The notes beneath the pieces were generated by a model, which saw only the letters and a program-made list of their open reading frames with translations, was not told the origin of the DNA and ran no database searches. A program made the position numbers and the translations under genes. Shown one piece after another: positions 1 through 6,906 of a DNA stretch of 64,000 bases. This stretch comes from a virus, in IMG/VR virus record IMGVR_UViG_3300032240_000659, positions 64,135 through 128,134 of that record, one strand, 5' to 3'. Each line of letters opens with the position of its first letter. Position 1 is the stretch's first letter.

Positions 1-517
1 CAGGTTTTTGTCCAGCCCAGTTAGCAACTATTATACTAGCCCACTTGCCTATAAGCACTGCCATTTCTCTTCGATGATATTTCTCAAAGTCATCAGCTGT
101 CGCTTGTCCTGAATCTAATAATTTTTGAGCTGCCTGCATATTATTATAATATGTCATCAAAGGTGCAACAAACATATATCCAAGATAGACATTTTTAAGT
201 TTGTTAGCCCAGTCGGCAACGTTTCCTAATGATGCTCTAATTGCGGCAACATTGGCAGCATATTTGGCATCTGCAATTTTCTTGATGGCCAGTTGTTCAG
301 CATCTGCCATTAATTTTGCATCTTGAGCTAGCTCTTTACCAACTAGACGGTTGGCTTCTTTTGCAGATAATTTTCTACCACTTGCCGCCATAGCACTAGC
401 TAGTTTCTCTATAGCTTGGGCACGATCACCTTTACCCAATAGCCATGCTCCGCCTTTAGCCAGAGCACTGCCTAAGCCCTCATTAGTAGATTCTGAAATA
501 ACATCAACAATTTTCAT
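1..517 (-). CDS. Hypothetical late protein, partial (3' end outside window), possibly a virion/internal protein
   Basis: Hand translation from ATG at 517 gives MKIVDVISESTNEGLGSALAKGGAWLLG... with no stop before base 1. AATAAATA late-promoter-like motif lies just upstream. Absent from the ORF track, probably because it has no stop in the window. Confidence 0.8.
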   Translation of the reverse strand, partial: MKIVDVISESTNEGLGSALAKGGAWLLGKGDRAQAIEKLASAMAASGRKLSAKEANRLVGKELAQDAKLMADAEQLAIKKIADAKYAANVAAIRASLGNVADWANKLKNVYLGYMFVAPLMTYYNNMQAAQKLLDSGQATADDFEKYHRREMAVLIGKWASIIVANWAGQKP

Positions 518-524
518 AGTAATG

Positions 525-532
525 TATTTATT
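525..532 (-). promoter_or_regulatory. T4-type late promoter-like motif (AATAAATA)
   Basis: Minus-strand AATAAATA 7 nt upstream of the ATG at 517; T4 late consensus is TATAAATA; a gp55 homologue is in the window. Confidence 0.6.
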
Positions 533-534
533 AA

Positions 535-981
535 AGAAGAACTTACGTTCTTCTGTTCTTCGCTTTCGCTCGAACTGTTTTCTTTCTTTTTAATGATTAT
601 TAACGCGAAGCGTTTAAGATATTATCTAGATTGTTCAGTCACACTTTGCCCAGACCGGGCAAAAATGAACATTATCTGAGTTGCACAATATCACTTAGCG
701 TTACAGCATTACAGAGGCGGTCATCCGGTACCTCGAGCTGTGTCTTTATATGACGGCGGCTTACTAACATACGCTAACATGCTAGCAAACGTGGGCTATT
801 AACCCTCTTTTTGCCTTTAACTTTCCTTTAAACAACCAAACCGCGGCAGCTTTGCGATCCTCGTCCTGTTAAGGATGGTGGTTGAGTACTCTTAGCAGCC
901 AGAGATTCCGTCCCTGCGATCCGAGATCCAGGTGTAGGGCGCACGATATTTGCTTGCGCTTGCTTATACTGCTTAAGGAGC
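535..981 (-). ncRNA. Candidate structured non-coding RNA or ssDNA hairpin element, family unassigned
   Basis: About 450 bp without a credible ORF. 601-960 is ~47% GC by hand count, above the AT-rich coding DNA. At least 8 stem-loops, one needing G-U pairs only on the minus strand, plus GNRA-type loops. Confidence 0.45.
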
Positions 982-1413
982 CTATGAATTTAATTTTTTT
1001 ATATTGGAGCCGTGGACGCGAACTTGAATATGCCCGTTGTAATAGTCGTCGCTTTCAAGAACTTTACGAGTAAATTGTTCTCTAGCTTCAACGTATGAGC
1101 ACTCTGCCTTTGATGTACAGTAAAATAATATCTCTCTTGAGAAGTTATCTTTGCCTAATGTGTCTATATCTGCCTGTAGATTAGGGCTTGATCCGTAATA
1201 TTCTTGCCAATCACTGTCAATCTTACTTCTAATCTTCTTTTTTTTCTTAGTACCGTTTTTAAGTTTTACTGTTTTATAGGTTGTTTTAGAAAATTTGGCT
1301 AGTTTCTTGCCTATATATTTGCGTCCACTGATGAGATTTGTAATGATATACACGAACCCAACGCAATCTTCCGGTAAAATTTCGACAATATTGTTTTGAT
1401 AAGTCCATGACAT
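982..1413 (-). CDS. GIY-YIG endonuclease (short, T4 endonuclease II/Seg-like)
   Basis: GFVYIITNLISGRKYIG motif and conserved E and N residues (SYVEAREQF, YYNG); 143 aa with no extra DNA-binding domain. Confidence 0.85.
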   Translation of the reverse strand: MSWTYQNNIVEILPEDCVGFVYIITNLISGRKYIGKKLAKFSKTTYKTVKLKNGTKKKKKIRSKIDSDWQEYYGSSPNLQADIDTLGKDNFSREILFYCTSKAECSYVEAREQFTRKVLESDDYYNGHIQVRVHGSNIKKLNS

Positions 1414-1416
1414 GCT

Positions 1417-1680
1417 TTAGTTAGCATCATCTGTAGCCTTTGCCTGTTGTTTTTGAGCCTGTCTTTTTGCTTCTCGCTCTGCAAGAATTATTTCTTTTTC
1501 ATCCATCCATTCGCGAATAACTACACGTCTAGCAGAACAAATTCGACGAATATCACTTAATATATGGCGCAACCGTATTGCGCTAGCTTTTGTGCCTTCG
1601 TTCATCCATGTTTGATTTTCCGCAAAGTATTTGCGAAATTCTGCTAACAGTTTATCGTGCAGGTCCTCGTCTTGATGCAT
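1417..1680 (-). CDS. Small helical protein, histone H1/Hc1-like family (tentative)
   Basis: GTKASAIRLRHILSDIRRICSARR resembles the G-x-K-x-A-x-x-R-x-R...RR pattern of this family, from recall. Confidence 0.4.
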   Translation of the reverse strand: MHQDEDLHDKLLAEFRKYFAENQTWMNEGTKASAIRLRHILSDIRRICSARRVVIREWMDEKEIILAEREAKRQAQKQQAKATDDAN

Positions 1681-1910
1681 TACTTCTTATTGTCCTTGTC
1701 TAACATAGGAGCAATTTTTTCAATTTCATGCTCATGTGCAAAACGTGCTGGCGGGTTTACATGCCAACTATCCGATGTAAAAATTCTAACTGGTTTCCAA
1801 TACTTAGAAATCATATTATTGATAGCAATGATGCCAGCAACTACTACAATAAATCCTAGCATTGTTAAAATACTTCCAGCTAAAAATACTGCCGATTGAT
1901 CCATATCCAT
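1680..1910 (-). CDS. Hypothetical single-pass membrane protein
   Basis: Hydrophobic N-terminal segment AVFLAGSILTMLGFIVVVAGIIAI; abuts neighbours in the operon. Confidence 0.65.
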   Translation of the reverse strand: MDMDQSAVFLAGSILTMLGFIVVVAGIIAINNMISKYWKPVRIFTSDSWHVNPPARFAHEHEIEKIAPMLDKDNKK

Positions 1911-3685
1911 TATTCTGTTACCTCTAAATCATTTGCGTACGAAGTAAAGCCATTTTCTTTAATAACTTTAAGTACATTGTTCACACGTCCAATTAATTCG
2001 TCTTTGTGACTAATTAAAAATACGTTCTTTTTGCGTTCACGTGCTATTTTCTTAAGCACAGCTAACGCACCTTCTACACCACTAGCGTCTAACCCGTTGT
2101 CAATAAGTTCGTCAATGAACAATAAGTTAATGCTTTGATATAAACTTTCCCATACGTCACGGAATGCCCACGACAATGATAAAATTAATCGATTACGCTC
2201 ACCTCTCGACAAGTTATCAAAGTCTAGATCCTGCCCAAGTTGCATAATTTCTACAGTTAAATCATTTAAGAATGTAACTGTGTGAGGTAATCCCATCTTG
2301 TCCAAATAGTAAGTTAGTCTATTGTTCAAGTAGGCCAAGTTTTGATCTATAATCTTCTTGCGAATAAAGCTGTCTTTAGAAGTTAACAACTTGAGCAGAA
2401 ACTCTTGATGTTCTTTTAATGTATTAAGTTCATTAACAGAATCCCAAGTAATCTCCTGCATAGCAGTATTTCTTAAATCGTCAATTTGTTCTTGATAAGG
2501 ATCTGTTTCCCCTGCTTTGATTGTTAGTTGGGTTTCTAATGTCTGTATTGTATTTTGATGTTTTAATGCTTGTTCTAAACTATCATAATATGTAGACGGG
2601 CGCCCATTAATATCACCAATAACACTTAACTCTTTGTTAATTTTGGCAAGGTCTGTTGTTACCTTGTTTAGATACTTGTTGGCTTCATCTAAATGTCCCT
2701 GTGCAGTAGCAGTCATTTCTTCATGTTTATGATCATGTAGTGCTTGTTCACAAGCATGACATGTTTTGTTTGCTAGACTTTCTAATTCTTTTGTATACTT
2801 TACAACACTTTTTTCAGCTTGCGCCATTGCGTTTTCTAAAGTAGCACGTTCTTTGTTTAAACTTTTAATTTTTGCAGATTGCTCATCATACACTTTTAGT
2901 TTTGCATGAGATTCTAACTCTGCATCTATGTCAACATTTTCAAGTTCAACAATGGCACGACCTATTTTTTCTAAATCAGTGTCGTGTTGAGTATTCCAAG
3001 CGTTTTGTCTAACAATTAATGCATCAATACTCTGTTGAATCTTCTCATTAGATTTTTTTGCAGCCTCGATATCTGCACTTTCTTGAAAAATAGAATCTTT
3101 AGTTTGTCGAATAAGTTCTTTAAGTGTTTCTGCCTTTTCAGATAATAACGTAACACCTAGCAGTTGCTCAATGATTGCACGTTGATCTGCGGCCTTCATT
3201 GACAAAAACGGCTCAGTATAAGTGTTTAATGCTATGATATGCTTGAACATATCATGACTCATACCAAGAAGTTCGTCTAAGTCTTTTTGAGTTTCTCTCA
3301 TGTCGCCCTGAGCATCGTCACTTTCTTCGGCACCTTGTTCTTCGTTGTTAACGTAAAATTCCATTATACTGGGTTTACGTCCCCTTTCAACCCGATAATC
3401 AATACCGTCTTTTTCAAACGTAAGTGTAACTAACATATTTTTATTGTTAATTTTATTGATTAGGTTATCTTTTTTAATATTAGTAAGTGCATTACCAAAC
3501 AATGCAAAACTTAATGCGTTAACAATAGTGGTTTTACCAGTACCATTACGGCTACCGCTGTCATCACCGCCTTGGTCTAAGTTCTCACCTAGTACAAGAG
3601 TTAAGTTTTCTTGGGCAAAGTTTACCGCCTGAGTTTGATTACCCACACTCATAAAGTTTTTAACTGTTAGTTCTTTTATTTTCAT
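1910..3685 (-). CDS. gp46: Recombination endonuclease ATPase subunit (gp46/SbcC/Rad50-like)
   Basis: Walker A NGTGKTT, CHAC zinc hook, signature LSRGE, Walker B LFIDE, H-loop ISH; adjacent to the gp47 homologue. Confidence 0.95.
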   Translation of the reverse strand: MKIKELTVKNFMSVGNQTQAVNFAQENLTLVLGENLDQGGDDSGSRNGTGKTTIVNALSFALFGNALTNIKKDNLINKINNKNMLVTLTFEKDGIDYRVERGRKPSIMEFYVNNEEQGAEESDDAQGDMRETQKDLDELLGMSHDMFKHIIALNTYTEPFLSMKAADQRAIIEQLLGVTLLSEKAETLKELIRQTKDSIFQESADIEAAKKSNEKIQQSIDALIVRQNAWNTQHDTDLEKIGRAIVELENVDIDAELESHAKLKVYDEQSAKIKSLNKERATLENAMAQAEKSVVKYTKELESLANKTCHACEQALHDHKHEEMTATAQGHLDEANKYLNKVTTDLAKINKELSVIGDINGRPSTYYDSLEQALKHQNTIQTLETQLTIKAGETDPYQEQIDDLRNTAMQEITWDSVNELNTLKEHQEFLLKLLTSKDSFIRKKIIDQNLAYLNNRLTYYLDKMGLPHTVTFLNDLTVEIMQLGQDLDFDNLSRGERNRLILSLSWAFRDVWESLYQSINLLFIDELIDNGLDASGVEGALAVLKKIARERKKNVFLISHKDELIGRVNNVLKVIKENGFTSYANDLEVTE

Positions 3686-4695
3686 AGGCTATTATAAATT
3701 GCAAGTAGTGTATTCTTGTCAAATTGTTCAGAGTCGATGTTTATAATCTGACTTGATACAATTTGATCTACACTTTCAAATGCTTGAATATCAATATTTG
3801 TATTAATTTCAACTTCTTTGCGTTCTGTGATTAAAGTAAGTTCTCTAATATCATAATCGGCAATAAACTTTTCTTTAATAAAACTTGCTTCTTCGTATGT
3901 AATGTCAATGTCTAGTGTAACACGTAGATGTTGCTTGGGTTTAATTAAAGTATCAGCTTCGTCAATGAGTTGGCTTAATTTTACTGTACGGAAAGTTGGC
4001 TGAGCCGGCCAAGAATGATATTCTGGAACTCCACCCCACTCTAATATCATCATACCTCGTTCATCGTCCCACGTATCTGCATAGTTGTGAGGAAACGCAT
4101 TGCCAATATAGATCATATTGCCTTTTTGCTGACGCTTGTGAAAGTGTCCGCTAAACCCAAGCTCATATGATTTAAAACTTTCTAAATTAATTTCTCCATG
4201 ATCCGGCATTTGAACCATAGCGTTCATAAAGAAGTTAGGTAATTCAAAGTGACCAAAGATATACTTGCCGCCTTTTTTGCCTACAGTCTTCCATTCGTCG
4301 CCAACCAGCCACGGGCATAGCGTAACGTTACCAATAGTAGTAGGCTCGTGTACAACTGTAATGCCAGGAATATACTTGCCAAACTCAACAGAGTGAATAT
4401 CTCGTTTATCTTTATAATATAAATCATGGTTGCCAGGAAAAAAGTAAAAATTATTGAAGGCTTTACCCAACTTTTCCAGGGCCCTAAGGCTATAGTCCAT
4501 TGTAGTGATATTAAGACTATTGCGGTTGTGATGCCAATCACCCATAAAAATTCCTGTGTCACAGCCTTCCTCCTTGGCTTTGGCAATGTACCAATCTACA
4601 AAATCTTCACAGTCTTTGTTGTGAACACTACTATTTGACTTTAAGCCAAAGTGAATGTCTGTAAAACAGGCAACTTTTTTAAACAAATTTGTCAT
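3682..4695 (-). CDS. gp47: Recombination endonuclease nuclease subunit (gp47/SbcD/Mre11-like)
   Basis: Metallophosphoesterase motifs DIHFG, GDWHH, GNHD, GHFE, SGHFH. Confidence 0.95.
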   Translation of the reverse strand: MTNLFKKVACFTDIHFGLKSNSSVHNKDCEDFVDWYIAKAKEEGCDTGIFMGDWHHNRNSLNITTMDYSLRALEKLGKAFNNFYFFPGNHDLYYKDKRDIHSVEFGKYIPGITVVHEPTTIGNVTLCPWLVGDEWKTVGKKGGKYIFGHFELPNFFMNAMVQMPDHGEINLESFKSYELGFSGHFHKRQQKGNMIYIGNAFPHNYADTWDDERGMMILEWGGVPEYHSWPAQPTFRTVKLSQLIDEADTLIKPKQHLRVTLDIDITYEEASFIKEKFIADYDIRELTLITERKEVEINTNIDIQAFESVDQIVSSQIINIDSEQFDKNTLLAIYNSL

Positions 4696-5519
4696 TCTTG
4701 AGTCTCGTCAAAACGTTTCATAGCATTTGCGTGTTCACCTGCCCCGGTTCTGCTATAACTTGGATTCATACCGTTAATTTCTAAAATATCATCGCGGATA
4801 TTTTGATTACGTTTTTCAATATTAATAACACGAACAAAGCTATTAGTCACAGCCGCAGTAAAATAAGCAAACGGATTGTCTGACTTGCTTTCGTCAAATT
4901 GTAAACCGATCTGTGCTAACTGTAAAATGGCTTGACCCTTCATTTCGTCATTATAAGTGTATCCGCGAACGTTACCGCGTGTAGCATATCGCTCACACAA
5001 CTTAATCATCATGCGGGCTAATGTTGGTGTAATTTGTCCAGCATCTTTATCAAAGTAACCTGTTTCTAAGTCACCCTTCCAGTGCGATTTTCCAACACAT
5101 ACAAGTTCATCTTCTTCATTAAACTTCCAATGCTGAAATGGTGGAAAGTTAACTTTGTCTCTATGATCTGCTAGACTTTTAGGGTTTTTCTTACGTGTAT
5201 TGTTAAGTGGAATGTGATCAAATGTCATAATCCTAAACACTAAATCTGTTTTAGGAATCTTTTTGTAATCAACTTCACAATCAGCCTGTTTGACCTTTGC
5301 ACCAGCGGCTTTTCTACGTTGGTAATCTTCATCACCTAGTCTTTTTGCCTGTGCTCGTTTAGCTTCTGCAATAGTTCTAATGTTAATCTTTTCTAAGTTA
5401 GGGAGAATAATGTCATATTGATGGTATTTTGGATCTGTAAAACTACAATATGTGCTTTTACTTCTGTGTATCTCCGCTAACATGTCTTTGTTATTCAAAT
5501 AATTTACTTTTATTGTCAT
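4692..5519 (-). CDS. gp55: Late-transcription sigma factor (gp55-like)
   Basis: N-terminal YLNNKDML, RGYTYNDEM, FDESKSDNPFAYFT match the gp55 pattern; T4-like order 55-47-46. Confidence 0.85.
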   Translation of the reverse strand: MTIKVNYLNNKDMLAEIHRSKSTYCSFTDPKYHQYDIILPNLEKINIRTIAEAKRAQAKRLGDEDYQRRKAAGAKVKQADCEVDYKKIPKTDLVFRIMTFDHIPLNNTRKKNPKSLADHRDKVNFPPFQHWKFNEEDELVCVGKSHWKGDLETGYFDKDAGQITPTLARMMIKLCERYATRGNVRGYTYNDEMKGQAILQLAQIGLQFDESKSDNPFAYFTAAVTNSFVRVINIEKRNQNIRDDILEINGMNPSYSRTGAGEHANAMKRFDETQE

Positions 5520-5541
5520 GCGAACGTTCCTATGTTGTGCT

Positions 5542-5570
5542 ATTATAAACTACGTAGTTTATAAAGTCAA
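5542..5570 (-). promoter_or_regulatory. Sigma70-type promoter for the gp55-47-46 operon
   Basis: Minus strand TTGACT-N17-TATAAT, 22 nt upstream of the gp55 ATG. Confidence 0.8.
5543..5564. repeat. Perfect 22-bp palindrome TTATAAACTACGTAGTTTATAA
   Basis: Checked base by base; lies in the divergent intergenic region. Confidence 0.95.
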
Positions 5571-5577
5571 ATAAATA
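5570..5577 (+). promoter_or_regulatory. Late promoter-like motif (AATAAATA) for the baseplate operon
   Basis: 22 nt upstream of the ATG at 5600. Confidence 0.65.
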
Positions 5578-5599
5578 TATTACCAAAGAGGGTATTATT

Positions 5600-6604
5600 A
5601 TGGGTTTATTTGATTCAGGCGCCGGGCTTGCTTCGTCAATTGGCGCAGCCACAAATGCAGTCGGCGCCGTTGGCGGCGCAATTAATGTTGCAAGTAATTT
5701 GGGGTCTGCCATATCAAACCTTGGTAGCGCAGAAGATTTTGGTAGCGCAATGCGTAGTTTAAATTTACCAGCGGCCGGTGAAGCAATTGGTGATTTAATG
5801 GGCGCAGTTGCAGAGTTTGGCGGCGACGCAAATGCAAATGACTGGCGTGTCAGATTAAGTCTCCCTAAATGGACTAGTTTTAGATCTAGTCCTGTGTTAC
5901 AACCTTTAAAAGATGCAGGCGGATGTGTGTTTCCGTATACTCCAACAATCACAGTTGCTAGCGGCGCAAAATATACACAAATACCAACTGTTCACACAAA
6001 CTATAATTTTCAAGCGTTCCATAGTAGTGACCCAGGCTCCATAAGTTTAACAGCGCCTATGCGAGTTGAAGATCAAAATCAAGGTTTATACTGGATTGCA
6101 ATGGTGCATTATTTACGTAGCTTAACTAAAATGTTTGCTGGATCTGATCCAAAGGCTGGAAATCCGCCCCCAATTGTATTTTTAAACGGTTATGGAAATT
6201 ATGTTTTTAAAAATGTTCCAGTAGTGGTTACTAAAATGTCAGTTAGTCTTGTTAAAGAATGTGATTATATTGGTGTTGATGTAGTTGGTAGCGCAATGGG
6301 TGCAGTAGAAGGTGTTACTGACTCTATTGGCGGACTAGCAGATACACTTGGCGGAGCCATACCGTCGCTAGGAGGCATTACTAGTGCAGTTAGTAGTATT
6401 GCCGGAGGTGTTGGCCAAGTAGCAGGACTTCTAGGAACATTTGGAGTAGGCGGCTCAACCAGCGGAGGCGTTAGTTATGTTCCAACAATTAGTGAGTTTT
6501 CAGTTACGCTACAACCAGTATACAGCAGAGACAGTGCTCGTAAGTTTAGTCTAGACAGATTTGTCCAAGGCGGATACCTAAATAATTCTTTTGGATATAT
6601 TTAA
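5600..6604 (+). CDS. Baseplate/tail-tube initiator protein (gp48/gp54-like)
   Basis: FPYTPTI...Y...H.NY and PPIVFLNGYG...F.NVPVVV motifs typical of tube-initiator folds; first gene of the baseplate operon; Gly/Ala-rich insertions. Confidence 0.6.
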   Translation: MGLFDSGAGLASSIGAATNAVGAVGGAINVASNLGSAISNLGSAEDFGSAMRSLNLPAAGEAIGDLMGAVAEFGGDANANDWRVRLSLPKWTSFRSSPVLQPLKDAGGCVFPYTPTITVASGAKYTQIPTVHTNYNFQAFHSSDPGSISLTAPMRVEDQNQGLYWIAMVHYLRSLTKMFAGSDPKAGNPPPIVFLNGYGNYVFKNVPVVVTKMSVSLVKECDYIGVDVVGSAMGAVEGVTDSIGGLADTLGGAIPSLGGITSAVSSIAGGVGQVAGLLGTFGVGGSTSGGVSYVPTISEFSVTLQPVYSRDSARKFSLDRFVQGGYLNNSFGYI

Positions 6605-6605
6605 T

Positions 6606-6905
6606 ATGTCAAATTATACAAATACAAGTCCGTGGTATCTTACTCAGACTAAACAAGACTATCTAGATGTTTTAACAATTAGGCCTGTCAGTGCAGAGGT
6701 AGATGATTTTTATTATACTATTGAATCACAGTATGCATTTCGACCTGACTTATTGGCATTTGACTTGTACGGAGAAGCTAATCTTTGGTGGGTTTTTATA
6801 CAACGAAATCTTAATGTTCTTCAAGATCCAATATTTGATTTTGTTCCGGGAAAAAAAATCTATATTCCAAAGAAAAGTAGTTTGTTTACGGTATTAGGAT
6901 TATAA
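6606..6905 (+). CDS. Baseplate wedge protein (gp53-like, LysM-type)
   Basis: RPDLLAFDLYGEANLWWVF...N...DPIFDF.PG..IYIP pattern. Start set at 6606 rather than 6591 to avoid overlap. Confidence 0.75.
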   Translation: MSNYTNTSPWYLTQTKQDYLDVLTIRPVSAEVDDFYYTIESQYAFRPDLLAFDLYGEANLWWVFIQRNLNVLQDPIFDFVPGKKIYIPKKSSLFTVLGL

Positions 6906-6906
6906 T

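Noticed and set aside
351-593. Track ORFs antisense or out of frame to real genes (e.g. 351-593+, 882-1073+, 5530-5952-, 28313-28768-, 49211-49801+, 57271-57801+)
   Set aside because: They overlap well-supported genes or the structured element and lack RBS context or recognisable motifs, so they are treated as shadow ORFs.
535-981. tRNA, tmRNA or RNase P RNA
   Set aside because: No cloverleaf or T-loop, no tag-peptide frame, and no GAGGAAAGTCC-type RNase P motif on either strand.
1238-1245. Poly-A run in the GIY-YIG gene as a frameshift site
   Set aside because: Explained by the Lys-rich KKKKK segment; the reading frame is intact through the catalytic motifs.
600-1413. GIY-YIG plus structured region read as a group I intron
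   Set aside because: No interrupted host gene flanks it. The R- and S-like words (GTTCAG, AAGATAT) are in the wrong order and no P7 pairing was found.
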